This document shows positions 8,175 through 17,929 of a stretch of DNA of 32,000 nt, one piece after another (position 1 is the first letter of the stretch; every line of letters begins with the position of its first letter). The stretch comes from Massilicoli timonensis. Lineage in GTDB: Bacteria; Bacillota_I; Bacilli_A; Erysipelotrichales; Erysipelotrichaceae. The DNA is taken from assembly GCF_900199515.1 (NCBI RefSeq), contig NZ_LT963433.1:180001-212000 (forward strand), given 5' to 3'. Under the pieces are notes generated by a model. That model saw only the letters and a list, made by a program, of their open reading frames with translations. It ran no database searches and was not told where the DNA came from. A program made the position numbers and the translations under genes.

Positions 8175-8639
8175 TTATTTTTTTGATGAAGAACGGCGCT
8201 TTTTCCAAGTATTCGCCAATATGTCTTTCAACACCAGCATAGCGTCTAATTCACTGTAACCGTGATCCTTCTTCAATTCATCCAGCATCACGCTTAACGC
8301 TTCCGCATACTTGGCAATATTGACTTCTTCCTGATAACGCAGTAAAATCGGATATTTCTTGCCCCATGCCTTTGTCCAGTCGATCTTGTCATTGATCTTT
8401 TCATCACTTGTCAAAATGACTTGTTCGATTTCTTTGACATCCATATCAAACTCGATCAGTTCATCTAAGGTTACATGATAAAGCATCGCCATGCGCTTTG
8501 ACTGACGAATATCTGGCAGGGTTTCATCACTTTCCCATTTCGATACAGTTTGACGGCTCACACCTAATTTTTCCGCTACATCCTCCTGCGAAAGCCCGCT
8601 TTTTTTACGCGCCTGAAACAAACGATTACCTAAACGCAT
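8175..8639 (-). CDS. XRE-family helix-turn-helix transcriptional regulator
   Basis: The N-terminus LGNRLFQARKKSGLSQEDVAEKLGVSRQTVSKWESDETLPD is a canonical HTH_3. The ATG at 8639 is 6 nt after GGAGGG, so it is preferred over the TTG at 8642. Confidence 0.85.
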   Translation of the reverse strand: MRLGNRLFQARKKSGLSQEDVAEKLGVSRQTVSKWESDETLPDIRQSKRMAMLYHVTLDELIEFDMDVKEIEQVILTSDEKINDKIDWTKAWGKKYPILLRYQEEVNIAKYAEALSVMLDELKKDHGYSELDAMLVLKDILANTWKKRRSSSKK

Positions 8640-8691
8640 CAATATCCCTCCTTACGATCATCTTTATTATATCTGATAAAAAAAGGAAGCA

Positions 8692-9267
8692 CTACCAAGT
8701 ATCGCTGTCATTTTCGCCCGTTTTCTGTTCATTTTTCATCTTCTGCGCTTGTTGCCATTTCAGCGCTTTCTTTTCCAGTTCTTTCATAAAAGCATCTTTC
8801 CCATCGCAATATGCGCCCAGATCATTGGGATAACGCACTGCCAAGGCTTGTTTTAATGCGGCATAGCGCTTTGCTTCATCCTCATGTGCGCGCAAATAAT
8901 CACGTACTGCCAGATGCCGCTCGATCGAAAAGCGATCATCCTTTTGAAAGATATGAACATGATGGGTACGTTTATTCCCGATTCTTTTTCGTAAATAGCG
9001 TCTGCCCGCTATACCGAACTCTCCCATATATTCATAGCCAAGCGCAAGCAAGGCGTCTTTCCGCCGGTCTACTTCCGCCAAATCGGTTACGATCCCCATG
9101 ATGTCAATGATCGGCTTTGCGCTTAAAGAAGGCACTGCGGTGCTGCCGATATGATGGATCGCAAGCAGTGGTTCTCCCAAAGCCTTTGCAATCTTTTCGG
9201 CTTCTTCTGCATAGGCGCTTGCCCAGCGCGAATCATAAGGAACTACCAGCACCTCATCCCGCTTCAT
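8692..9267 (-). CDS. GrpB family (UPF0157, nucleotidyltransferase-fold) protein
   Basis: 191 aa. Motifs VVPYDSRW...IHHIGSTAVPSLSAKPIIDIM and ...HHVHIF... are typical of GrpB. Confidence 0.75.
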   Translation of the reverse strand: MKRDEVLVVPYDSRWASAYAEEAEKIAKALGEPLLAIHHIGSTAVPSLSAKPIIDIMGIVTDLAEVDRRKDALLALGYEYMGEFGIAGRRYLRKRIGNKRTHHVHIFQKDDRFSIERHLAVRDYLRAHEDEAKRYAALKQALAVRYPNDLGAYCDGKDAFMKELEKKALKWQQAQKMKNEQKTGENDSDTW

Positions 9268-10054
9268 CTGCTAAGATCTCCAGTTCCTTCAGTAATTTTG
9301 CGATCCCGTCCTGCTCGATGCGATCACACACACGATCTGCGACCTCCTTACAGTTCGCTTCGCCATTTCCCATCGCGACGCCGATCCCCGCACGTTTGAT
9401 CATTTCCACATCATTGAACCCATCGCCAAAGGCCATCGTTTCTTCCATATCCATGCCCCAGTATGCACATAGCCATTCAATGCCGGTAATCTTATTGGCT
9501 TTTTGATCGGTTACTTCCAAAACACTTTTGTGATCAGTAAAAGCACAGTCCGCAAGCCCTGCCATCAGATCCTTTCTTGCCTGTTCATCCGGCACATATA
9601 ACAAGACATTGTAAACCTCATCTTCTTGCGCATATGCTTTGACCTGCGGCACATTCAAATACAGCTTGAAGTAAACTGCCTTGATTTCCTGCGCACATGG
9701 CATTGAGAAATAATCGCCGTTTTGCGTGGAATAGCGAAAGACGATTTCATGTTCTGCACAGTATTCTTGCAGAAAGTGCATGCTTTGCCTGCTGATCGGC
9801 AATCGATGGATCACCTTACCCCGCTCACTAATCAATGCGCCGCCATCACTGATTACCGCATCAAATGGAAAAGCGCGCACTTCTTTACGAAAATTCTCCA
9901 TTTCCTTTAAGCATCTGCTCGTTGCGATCGCCACTCGATATCCTTTCTTCTGCAGCACTTTCCATGCTTGCAAGGTAGAAGGCATCACATCATGATATTT
10001 ATGATAATAAGATGTCCCATCTAGATCAAAGAAAAATGCTTTTGGCTGTTTCAT
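9254..10054 (-). CDS. Cof-type HAD-IIB family hydrolase (sugar-phosphate phosphatase-like)
   Basis: 266 aa with HAD motif I FFFDLDGT and motif IV GDGFNDVEM. Its 3' end overlaps the grpB-like start by 14 nt. Confidence 0.8.
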   Translation of the reverse strand: MKQPKAFFFDLDGTSYYHKYHDVMPSTLQAWKVLQKKGYRVAIATSRCLKEMENFRKEVRAFPFDAVISDGGALISERGKVIHRLPISRQSMHFLQEYCAEHEIVFRYSTQNGDYFSMPCAQEIKAVYFKLYLNVPQVKAYAQEDEVYNVLLYVPDEQARKDLMAGLADCAFTDHKSVLEVTDQKANKITGIEWLCAYWGMDMEETMAFGDGFNDVEMIKRAGIGVAMGNGEANCKEVADRVCDRIEQDGIAKLLKELEILADEAG

Positions 10055-10068
10055 ATTTTAACTCCTCT

Positions 10069-10099
10069 CAAAAACAGGGCTTCACCATGTGAAACCCTG
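10069..10099 (-). terminator. Rho-independent terminator after nagA
   Basis: On the minus strand, CAGGGTTTCAC-ATG-GTGAAGCCCTG forms a hairpin followed by TTTTTG. Confidence 0.6.
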
Positions 10100-10107
10100 C
10101 ATCTTTT

Positions 10108-11247
10108 TTACAGGCATGCTTTGCCTTTGCAATAGGTTTGGGCAACGCTGTAATCATCGTTTAATACGACAATATCCGCATCATAGCCTGCTACCAATTT
10201 GCCTTTTCGATCATCGACCTTCAATAAACGAGCCGGATTGATCGTGCAGGCATTGATCGCATAATCCCAAGGCACCAACGCTTTTTCTACCAGTACCTTT
10301 AAGCCTTCATTGACTTTCAAGGTAGAACCGGCCAAGCCCTTAGTAGAAGTCAGATGCGCACTGCCATCCGGATAAAGCTCGATCTCATTGCCGCCAAACA
10401 GCACCTTTGTGCCGACCGGCAGTCCCTTTACCATCAAGGCATCGGTTACCATGACCGTATAATCACGGCCCTTTGCCATGAACAGGTTATTTAAGGCATC
10501 CGGTGTAGAATGATTGCCATCGCAGATCACTTCACCAAACGTATCACGGAAACGCATCGCCGCACCGACCAAGCCCGGATTGCGGTGATTAAATGCGGTC
10601 ATACCGTTAAAAATATGCGTCATCGATCTTGCCCCATTGGCGATCGCCATGCTTGCCTGATCGAAAGTTGCGGCTGAATGCCCCATGCTTACAACCACAT
10701 CATGATCAGCCAGATAACGGACAAAAGAGAGATCCTCATCGGTTTCCGTTGCCATCGTAATGACCTTGATCAAACCGTTCGCCGCTTTCTGATAGCGTTC
10801 AAACTGTTCGATCGTACCTTTGCAGATATACTGTTCCGGCTGTGCGCCTTTATACACCATATCCAGATAAGGTCCTTCAAAATGGATTCCCAGGATCTCC
10901 GCGCCTTCATAGCCTTCTTCCACGACATTCGCAACATTTTTCAGCGCCTTGGTCAATACTTCTTCCGACTGCGTGATCGTCGTCGGACAAATACCGGTTA
11001 CCCCTTCTTCCGGGATATGCTTCATCCAGTTGCGTAAGCCCTGCGGCTCAGCGTCATTGGTATCGAACCCATATGCCCCATGCGTATGAATGTCAATGAA
11101 TCCCGGAACGATGCGCTTATCGCCATAATCGACATCCACCGCTTTCTCATTATAACCCAGTACTTTTTGGATCTTTCCGTTTTCTACCTCTAACTGTGCT
11201 TCCATAAAATGGCCCAGCACCCATACACGCTTACTTTGTATAATCAT
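10108..11247 (-). CDS. nagA: N-acetylglucosamine-6-phosphate deacetylase
   Basis: 379 aa. It carries the amidohydrolase metal-binding motif PGFIDIHTHGAYGFD and the downstream HSAAT / THIFNGM motifs characteristic of NagA. Confidence 0.85.
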   Translation of the reverse strand: MIIQSKRVWVLGHFMEAQLEVENGKIQKVLGYNEKAVDVDYGDKRIVPGFIDIHTHGAYGFDTNDAEPQGLRNWMKHIPEEGVTGICPTTITQSEEVLTKALKNVANVVEEGYEGAEILGIHFEGPYLDMVYKGAQPEQYICKGTIEQFERYQKAANGLIKVITMATETDEDLSFVRYLADHDVVVSMGHSAATFDQASMAIANGARSMTHIFNGMTAFNHRNPGLVGAAMRFRDTFGEVICDGNHSTPDALNNLFMAKGRDYTVMVTDALMVKGLPVGTKVLFGGNEIELYPDGSAHLTSTKGLAGSTLKVNEGLKVLVEKALVPWDYAINACTINPARLLKVDDRKGKLVAGYDADIVVLNDDYSVAQTYCKGKACL

Positions 11248-11285
11248 GATTATTCGCCCTCCTTGTATGCGTTTTAGATAGTTTT

Positions 11286-11313
11286 ATTATACCCTAATTT
11301 CATCAATATGCAA
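11286..11313 (-). promoter_or_regulatory. Candidate sigma-A promoter of nagA (TTGCAT-16-TATAAT)
   Basis: On the minus strand, -10 TATAAT (11286-11291) and -35 TTGCAT (11308-11313). Confidence 0.5.
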
Positions 11314-11413
11314 AGAATACGATCGGAAAAGATCACGCTTTTTCATGAAGGCAAAGCATTTGTCTATTCTTTTATGAGCGATGCCTATTCCTTCGCTTTT
11401 TCAGGCATATTCA

Positions 11414-11442
11414 TTTATCATTATCCGGAAATATGGTATAGT
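11414..11442 (+). promoter_or_regulatory. Candidate sigma-A promoter of the flavodiiron gene (TTATCA-17-TGgTATAGT)
   Basis: -35 TTATCA (11414-11419), a 17-nt spacer, then an extended -10 TGGTATAGT (hexamer 11437-11442). It lies 39 nt upstream of the ATG. Confidence 0.5.
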
Positions 11443-11480
11443 AATATGGTTATGGAAGCAAGTAAAGGAGCAGTGGAAAA

Positions 11481-12683
11481 ATGAAACAAGCGATTCAAAT
11501 CAAAAAGGATATTTATTGGGTAGGCGTACATGACTTCCAGCTGCGGCAGTTTCACGGCGCTTTATTCCCGATCAAGGAGGGGGCAAGCTATAATGCTTAT
11601 CTGATCGTGGACGATGAGATCACCTTGATCGATACAGTAGAGGCAGAATTTACGCCGATCTTATTAGAACGGATCCGTTCGGTGATCGGTGATCGCAAGA
11701 TCGATCATATCATCGTGCAGCATGGCGAACCGGATCATTCCAGCGGCTTTTTAGAAGTAAAGCGGCATTATCCTGATGCCAAAGCATATTGTTCCAATGC
11801 CGGTGTTACCAGCATGATGCAGCAGTATTTCCAAGATCATGGCTATCAGAAAGTAAAAAGCCATGATACGCTTTGTACCGGGCGCTATACGCTTTCTTTC
11901 ATTGAAATGCCGATGATCCATTGGCCGGACAATATGATGACCTACGTAAAAGAAGCGCAGGTACTGTTTTCTAATGACGCCTTCGGCCAGCACATCGTCA
12001 GCTATCAGCTGTTAGATGATGCACATGCATGTTCTTATCTGTTATCACAGGCAAAGGACTATTTTGCCAATATCGTCATGCCTTATGGCAAACAGGTGGA
12101 AAACAAATTAAAAGAAATTGCGGCACTGAATCTGGAAATCACTCATATCGCGCCTTCTCACGGAATCATCTGGCATCGCTATATCAAAGAATTGTTAAAC
12201 GCCTATATGGAATTTGCCACTTATCAAAGCAAAGATAAGGCGGTGATCGTTTATGAGAGCGTTTGGCATCACACCCAGGCGATGGCGGAAGCACTTGCTG
12301 AAGGATTAGGCAGAAGCGGCATTGATGTAAAGATCTATCAGTATTCGAAAACAGATCGCTCGATCATCATGAAAGAACTGTTAGACGCGAAAGCGGTGCT
12401 GGTGGGAAGCGGCTGCTACAATAATTTGATGGCAGCGGAAATAGCCGGGTTCTTAGAACAATTAAAAGCTTTTAAGTTCCAAAAGAAAAAAGGCCTTGGC
12501 TTTGGCTCTTACGGCTGGTTCAAGATGATCCCCGCACAGATCAATACCCGTTTACAGGAGGCCGGCATCGCTTTGTTTGGGGAAGCGCAAAGCATTTGTT
12601 ATACGCCATCTGAACAAGACCTTGCCACACTGGAACAACTAGGGGAAGCATTAGCAGCAGAAATCAAGGCAATGCCGCAGTAA
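11481..12683 (+). CDS. FprA-family A-type flavodiiron protein (metallo-beta-lactamase-like domain + flavodoxin domain)
   Basis: 400 aa. The N-terminus IYWVGVHDFQLRQFHG..YNAYLI is followed by the diiron ligand region HGEPDHS and a C-terminal flavodoxin-like fold. RBS is AAAGGAG. Confidence 0.8.
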   Translation: MKQAIQIKKDIYWVGVHDFQLRQFHGALFPIKEGASYNAYLIVDDEITLIDTVEAEFTPILLERIRSVIGDRKIDHIIVQHGEPDHSSGFLEVKRHYPDAKAYCSNAGVTSMMQQYFQDHGYQKVKSHDTLCTGRYTLSFIEMPMIHWPDNMMTYVKEAQVLFSNDAFGQHIVSYQLLDDAHACSYLLSQAKDYFANIVMPYGKQVENKLKEIAALNLEITHIAPSHGIIWHRYIKELLNAYMEFATYQSKDKAVIVYESVWHHTQAMAEALAEGLGRSGIDVKIYQYSKTDRSIIMKELLDAKAVLVGSGCYNNLMAAEIAGFLEQLKAFKFQKKKGLGFGSYGWFKMIPAQINTRLQEAGIALFGEAQSICYTPSEQDLATLEQLGEALAAEIKAMPQ

Positions 12684-12695
12684 AACACACGCATA

Positions 12696-12742
12696 AAAGA
12701 ATGGAAGTATGACACAAGGCTGTTTCTTTCCATTCTTTTTTA
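12696..12742 (+). terminator. Rho-independent terminator after the flavodiiron gene
   Basis: AGAATGGAA (12698-12706) pairs with TTCCATTCT (12728-12736), followed by a T run. Confidence 0.7.
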
Positions 12743-12806
12743 TTATGTTTATGGAAAGGACTGGATATGGCTGCTTCATGATGGTGCACAAGCCTTTCTT
12801 GGAAAT

Positions 12807-12842
12807 AAGAAAAGCAGATCGTAAGCCGATATCGCTTTTCTT
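12807..12842 (-). terminator. Hairpin terminator after the SufBD-like gene
   Basis: AAGAAAAGC (12807-12815) pairs with GCTTTTCTT (12834-12842) in a 9-bp stem. The U residues are partly inside the stem. Confidence 0.5.
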
Positions 12843-12863
12843 ACAACCTGCTGTATCAATTCT

Positions 12864-13796
12864 TTATTTCAGAAAGCCGTCAATGATGACTTTTTCCGCT
12901 GCTTCTTCATCCAATCCCAGCGTCTGCAGCTTGATCAGCTGATCAGAGTTGATCTTGCCGATCGCCGCTTCATGAATGATCTGGGCATCAACGTGATTCG
13001 CCGCAATTTCCGGGATAGAACTGATCTTTGCCTGTCCCATCAAAATAGAATCACACTGGATATGGGCGCGGCACTTGGTATTGCCGACTGCGATCGGATG
13101 AAATACCTGTACCGAATTGTCTTTCCCCACAGAACGGGATACGATCTGCACACTGCTGTCTGCTCCGTTGAGATTGACCGTTACATCACTGTGCGCGGTT
13201 TGTACCCCATGCGTCATCAGCTTCTCATTCACGATCAGTTTGGCATTGGCGCCGACATAAGCATCCATTTTCCGTACCGTAGAATCAACCCCTTTGATCT
13301 GCACCGTATCCATCTGACAAACCGCGTTTTCTTCCATATAAACGATCGTAGTCGGATTCAAAATACGCTCGCCGCTGCCGTTTCCTTCTCCATAGTGCTT
13401 TTCACTATATATGACATTGGCATTTTTTCTGATATGAAACGTATGGATCCCATCATGCTGAGATGGATTACAGCCGTCATTATGGATACCGCATCCGGCA
13501 ATGATCTCCACCTGTGCGCCTTCACCGATATAAAAATCATTGTAGACCAGATCATTTACCCCGGTATCGGTAACGATTACCGGAATATGTACCTGTTCAC
13601 CTTTGCTGTTTGCTTTTACATAAATATCAATGCCCGGCTTATCCACCTTAGATACGATCTTGACCTGATCGGTGGAATGACGTTCGACCCCGACCCCGTT
13701 GGCTCTTAAATTAAAGGCGCTGCCTAACGAGAAACCGCTGATGCCGGCGATCTTCTTTAATAAGTTTTTCTCCATTTCATTCTGCATACCGTTCAC
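12864..13796 (-). CDS. SufB/SufD-family Fe-S cluster assembly protein
   Basis: 310 aa. The beta-helix-like repetitive body and C-terminal ...EAAIGKINSDQLIKLQTLGLDEEAAEKVIIDGFL are typical of SufBD. It is tightly coupled to an upstream SufC-like ATPase. Confidence 0.7.
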   Translation of the reverse strand: MNGMQNEMEKNLLKKIAGISGFSLGSAFNLRANGVGVERHSTDQVKIVSKVDKPGIDIYVKANSKGEQVHIPVIVTDTGVNDLVYNDFYIGEGAQVEIIAGCGIHNDGCNPSQHDGIHTFHIRKNANVIYSEKHYGEGNGSGERILNPTTIVYMEENAVCQMDTVQIKGVDSTVRKMDAYVGANAKLIVNEKLMTHGVQTAHSDVTVNLNGADSSVQIVSRSVGKDNSVQVFHPIAVGNTKCRAHIQCDSILMGQAKISSIPEIAANHVDAQIIHEAAIGKINSDQLIKLQTLGLDEEAAEKVIIDGFLK

Positions 13797-13798
13797 CT

Positions 13799-14521
13799 CT
13801 ATTTCTTAAACGCGCAGTTATCAGAAAACTGTTCCATCAAATGCGGCAGGATTTCCGCTTTAGAACCGCGTTCTTTTACTTTGCCGTTGTCGATGACGAT
13901 GATTTCATCAGCCAGTTCCATGATCCGTTCCTGATGAGAGATCAAAATGATGCTTTTTAAGCTTTGTTCCTTCAGCTTCTGGAAGGTTTCTACCAGTTTC
14001 GCAAAACTCCATAAATCAATGCCCGCTTCCGGTTCATCAAAGATCGCCAGTTTCAGATCCTGACGGGCAAGCAGAGAAGCGATCTCGATCCGCTTTACTT
14101 CACCGCCGGACAAGGAAGCGTCTACATCCCGATCCAGATAATCTTTTGAACAAAGACCGACATCCGTCAGATAAGAACAGCACTTTTCTTCCGCAAGCTC
14201 ACTGCCGTGCGCAATCGACAAAAGATCTTTTACCTTTAAGCCCTTAAAACGAGGCGGCTGCTGAAACGCATAGCCGATCTGTAATTTTGCCCGCTTGGCA
14301 ATGCTCATATCGGTAATATCTATCCCATTCCATAAGATCTGTCCGCCGGTCGGCTTTTCAATTCCCATGATCAGCTTCGCAAGCGTTGATTTTCCACCGC
14401 CGTTAGGACCGGTAATGACCACAAATTTATCATCTTCGATACACATGCTCAGATCTTTGATGATCTCTTGACATGCTTTGTTATCTGTAACTTGAAATGA
14501 TACATGCCTTAATTCTAACAT
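13799..14521 (-). CDS. sufC: SufC-like ABC ATPase (Fe-S cluster assembly)
   Basis: 240 aa with Walker A GPNGGGKST, ABC signature LSGGEVKR, Walker B LAIFDEPEAGID and an H-loop ISHQ. Confidence 0.75.
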   Translation of the reverse strand: MLELRHVSFQVTDNKACQEIIKDLSMCIEDDKFVVITGPNGGGKSTLAKLIMGIEKPTGGQILWNGIDITDMSIAKRAKLQIGYAFQQPPRFKGLKVKDLLSIAHGSELAEEKCCSYLTDVGLCSKDYLDRDVDASLSGGEVKRIEIASLLARQDLKLAIFDEPEAGIDLWSFAKLVETFQKLKEQSLKSIILISHQERIMELADEIIVIDNGKVKERGSKAEILPHLMEQFSDNCAFKK

Positions 14522-14649
14522 GAATGCTCATCCTTTCTTTTACCGCCGTTATTGTACCACAAAACAAAAGAAATAAAAAAGAAAACGATTATTTTTTTAT
14601 CCATCCTAAACCCCTGCTTTCATCTTTCTGTTTTTACATGTGCCGGCAA

Positions 14650-14689
14650 CAAAAAAGAACGCCGCTTGGATTTGGAAAAGGACGTTCTT
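14650..14689 (-). terminator. Rho-independent terminator after the UPF0210 gene
   Basis: On the minus strand, AAGAACG ... CGTTCTT forms a stem followed by TTTTTTG. Confidence 0.55.
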
Positions 14690-14717
14690 ATAAGCATTAT
14701 CTACAACAAATGCTCCG

Positions 14718-16076
14718 TTAATTTTTCAAGCTCTGCAGCGGAGCGGGGATCCGCCCGCCGCGGTTGATCATGTCCGCACATTCCGCCTGATTGATTTCCA
14801 TGATCACGCCGCTTCCAAGCAAACCGCCGAATTCCAGTTCTTCACCGGCTTTGCGATCGATCGCAGGGATGATGCGTACGGCAGTCGTTTTGCTGTTTAC
14901 CATGCCGATTGCCGCTTCATCGGCAATGATTCCGGAAATGATCGTTGCGCTCGTATCGCCCGGTACGACGATCATATCTAATCCCACTGAACAAACGGCA
15001 GTCATCGCTTCTAATTTTTCCAAACAAAGATGCCCGGCTTTTACCGCATCGATCATCCCCGCATCCTCCGATACCGGAATAAACGCGCCGGATAAGCCGC
15101 CGACTGACGAGCTTGCCATCACGCCGCCTTTTTTGACCGCATCATTGAGCATCGCCAGACATGCGGTCGTTCCATAAGCGCCACAGTGGCGCAAACCCAT
15201 CTCTTCCAGTATATGCGCGACGGAATCACCGATTGCCGGCGTCGGTGCCAAGGAAAGATCGACGATGCCAAAAGGCACACCCAGCCGCTCGCTTGCCAAG
15301 GTGCCGACCATCTGTCCCATGCGGGTGATCTTAAACGCTGTCTTTTTAATGATCTCCGCTAATTCGTGCATTGGCAAAGATGGATCTGCTTTAGCTAACG
15401 CCGCTCGTACCACACCGGGGCCGGATACCCCGACATTGATGACACAATCCGCCTCCCCTACTCCATGGAATGCACCGGCCATAAACGGATTATCCTCCGG
15501 TGCATTGCAGAACACCACCAGCTTGGCAGCGCCGATACAGTTGTCATCAGCGCTCAAACGGGCGCATTCCAAAACGATCTCCCCCATTTTTTTGACTGCG
15601 TCCATATGAATGCCCGCTTTCGTAGAACCGATATTGACCGATGCACAGACGCGCTGCGTAACAGCCAATGCCTTGGGAATCGAAGCGATCAAAGCCTCAT
15701 CGCCTGCAGAGAAACCTTTCTGCACCAAAGCCGAATAACCGCCGATAAAATTCACACCGACTTCTTTGGCACAGCGATCCAGCGTCAAAGCATATTGCAG
15801 CGGATCACCGCCTGATGCACCTACCAGCATCGCGATCGGTGTTACCGAAATCCGTTTATTGATGATCGGAATGCCATATTCTTTTTCGATCGCTTCCCCT
15901 ACCTTTACCAGATCTTTTGCCAGCCGGGTAATTTTACGATAGATCTTCTCACAGGAACGATCAATATTCTCATCCATGCAGTCGATCAAAGAAATCCCCA
16001 TCGTAATGGTACGAACATCTAAACAGTCCTCATCGATCATTTTGATCGTTTCTAATATCTCATTGGTAGTAAACAT
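14718..16076 (-). CDS. UPF0210/DUF711 (PFL-like) family protein
   Basis: 452 aa. The N-terminus [30 protein letters not shown] is characteristic of the UPF0210 family, and the gene pairs with an upstream small ACT protein. Confidence 0.8.
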   Translation of the reverse strand: MFTTNEILETIKMIDEDCLDVRTITMGISLIDCMDENIDRSCEKIYRKITRLAKDLVKVGEAIEKEYGIPIINKRISVTPIAMLVGASGGDPLQYALTLDRCAKEVGVNFIGGYSALVQKGFSAGDEALIASIPKALAVTQRVCASVNIGSTKAGIHMDAVKKMGEIVLECARLSADDNCIGAAKLVVFCNAPEDNPFMAGAFHGVGEADCVINVGVSGPGVVRAALAKADPSLPMHELAEIIKKTAFKITRMGQMVGTLASERLGVPFGIVDLSLAPTPAIGDSVAHILEEMGLRHCGAYGTTACLAMLNDAVKKGGVMASSSVGGLSGAFIPVSEDAGMIDAVKAGHLCLEKLEAMTAVCSVGLDMIVVPGDTSATIISGIIADEAAIGMVNSKTTAVRIIPAIDRKAGEELEFGGLLGSGVIMEINQAECADMINRGGRIPAPLQSLKN

Positions 16077-16087
16077 CGTTTCCCTCC

Positions 16088-16357
16088 TTAAATACGATGC
16101 ATCGCCTGAAAGATCGTTTCATGCATCACATGGATCTTTACCTGTATCTGTTCGCCATAGCGCTCCATATGTTCTACAAAAGAAGCAAACGGCACATTGC
16201 TGTTTTCAATATCCACTAACATGATCATCGCAAACATATCCTGCAAGATCGTCTGCGATACTTCGATCACATTCATATTGGCTTTTTCACATTCTCCGCT
16301 TACCTTTGCCAAAATTCCTACCATATCCTTGCCGATCACACTGATTACCGCCCTCAT
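16088..16357 (-). CDS. ACT domain protein (UPF0237 family)
   Basis: 89 aa. [36 protein letters not shown] matches the ACT fold, and the gene is the conserved partner of UPF0210. Confidence 0.8.
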   Translation of the reverse strand: MRAVISVIGKDMVGILAKVSGECEKANMNVIEVSQTILQDMFAMIMLVDIENSNVPFASFVEHMERYGEQIQVKIHVMHETIFQAMHRI

Positions 16358-16410
16358 TTTTTTCCTCCTGTTCCACTCCTTTATGCAAAGGAATCGTTTT
16401 GATCGTTATC

Positions 16411-16439
16411 ATTATATCCTGTTTCCACCCCCTTGACAA
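16411..16439 (-). promoter_or_regulatory. sigma-A promoter of the ACT-UPF0210 operon (TTGTCA-17-TATAAT)
   Basis: On the minus strand, -35 TTGTCA (16434-16439), a 17-nt spacer, then -10 TATAAT (16411-16416). Confidence 0.6.
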
Positions 16440-16481
16440 CGACTGTTCAAACCAAAAAAAGCAAGCTAAAACAGACAAAGA

Positions 16482-17834
16482 TCACTGCTTTGTCTGCTCT
16501 TTTCCATATGTGTAATGATCATCGCGAATTACGACCGTAGGCGTTTCATCAAGGGAAAGGCCATAAGCGCCGTTTATATCATAATTGATCTGTCTGCCTA
16601 AATATGCCTGATCGCCCTTCATGATGCGATAGCTTTCCTCAAACATTTCCTGCTCGACACACGCTGATTTCCTTGTGCCGCTCAGCCGGATCAGATAATC
16701 GCTGTCGCTTCCTCCAAGCAAGATCATCTGATGGATGTGGATCTCCTCATAACAGGTTTCCTGTTCCATACGCAGCTGATTATCGCGGATGCGCCGCATC
16801 ATCTGAAAAGCCACTTCAAAGCGATCCGCATATGTCCCCTGCAATTTCCCCTGCCAATAATCCCCGCTGTCATCATAGGTCGTCAAGGTCGGGTCCCGCA
16901 ACAAAAGCTGCTGCATTTCCAGCTGCATTAAATTTCCATAGCGATCCTTCAGCTCCTCATAGCGCTTGGAAGTTTTAGACGCATCACTTTCCTGTTTATC
17001 TTTATGCAAAAGCGTCATACTGTCATAGCCTTCATCTTCGATCCGCACCAGCCGTACGCTGCCCGCTTTCCATGCACCGCTTTTGCTCTGCTTCAGATCG
17101 GCGTTTGGAAACAAGATATATTTGGCATTGCCGGCATAATACAAAACGATCGTACCGTCTTCTCCGCATACGCTCTCCTCGATCAGAAAATAGTCATTGA
17201 CATCTTTCCATTTGATCGCCACGCCTTTTTCATCACTGGTCATCATGACTTGATCGCTTTGATCATGCCAGTTTTCTAATAAGAGCCGTTTCTGCTTTTG
17301 GGCATCGCTTTTTTCTTGTCGATGGAAAGAAATCGGCGTGATCCTTTTCGTATTGCTTTGATCCTCATAGCGCAAGAGCGCACTGTCCTCATCAAGCCAC
17401 TCCAGACGCTCAAGCGACTTCACCTGTTCGATCGTTTTGATTTTTTCCGCCAATAGAAAATATTTGCGCTCATAAAGATCCAACAGTTTCTTTTTATGAC
17501 TGTATCGCAGCACGATGCTGTGCGTATGCGTATCATTTGCCACAACGCTCTGCAAGCGCTTGATCCGCAGCGTGCCATATAATCCCATCAAGATCAATAA
17601 AGCAAATAAGATCAGCATCACCAGATTCTTTTTATGATCGGGATCTCCTACCAATAAAAACCAACCGACCAGATATAAAATCACGATCAGCGCCATCATC
17701 AGATAAGGAAGATAGTCTTGAAAAAACACATAGCCTTTTGCCTGAATCGCCCATACGCTCAGTACAAGCAAGATCAATAAAACAGAAGCGACTACAATGC
17801 TTCCATAAGCGGCGATCTTTCGTTTCATTCGCAT
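16482..17834 (-). CDS. Hypothetical membrane protein (three N-terminal TM helices + ~350-aa soluble region), no recognisable family
   Basis: 450-aa ORF with hydrophobic segments at roughly aa 8-30, 42-62 and 70-90. The remainder is hydrophilic and matches no motif I recognise. Confidence 0.6.
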   Translation of the reverse strand: MRMKRKIAAYGSIVVASVLLILLVLSVWAIQAKGYVFFQDYLPYLMMALIVILYLVGWFLLVGDPDHKKNLVMLILFALLILMGLYGTLRIKRLQSVVANDTHTHSIVLRYSHKKKLLDLYERKYFLLAEKIKTIEQVKSLERLEWLDEDSALLRYEDQSNTKRITPISFHRQEKSDAQKQKRLLLENWHDQSDQVMMTSDEKGVAIKWKDVNDYFLIEESVCGEDGTIVLYYAGNAKYILFPNADLKQSKSGAWKAGSVRLVRIEDEGYDSMTLLHKDKQESDASKTSKRYEELKDRYGNLMQLEMQQLLLRDPTLTTYDDSGDYWQGKLQGTYADRFEVAFQMMRRIRDNQLRMEQETCYEEIHIHQMILLGGSDSDYLIRLSGTRKSACVEQEMFEESYRIMKGDQAYLGRQINYDINGAYGLSLDETPTVVIRDDHYTYGKEQTKQ

Positions 17835-17876
17835 CTAACCTCTCTTTACTGTGCTAATATCATATCACAAACCGGT

Positions 17877-17902
17877 TAAAAAAAGGCATAGATCATGCCT
17901 TT
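17877..17902 (-). terminator. Rho-independent terminator after transketolase genes
   Basis: On the minus strand, GGCAT-GATCT-ATGCC (extended by A-U pairs) is followed by TTTTTTT. Confidence 0.65.
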
Positions 17903-17929
17903 CTTACTAAAATGTTAGAAATTCAGACG

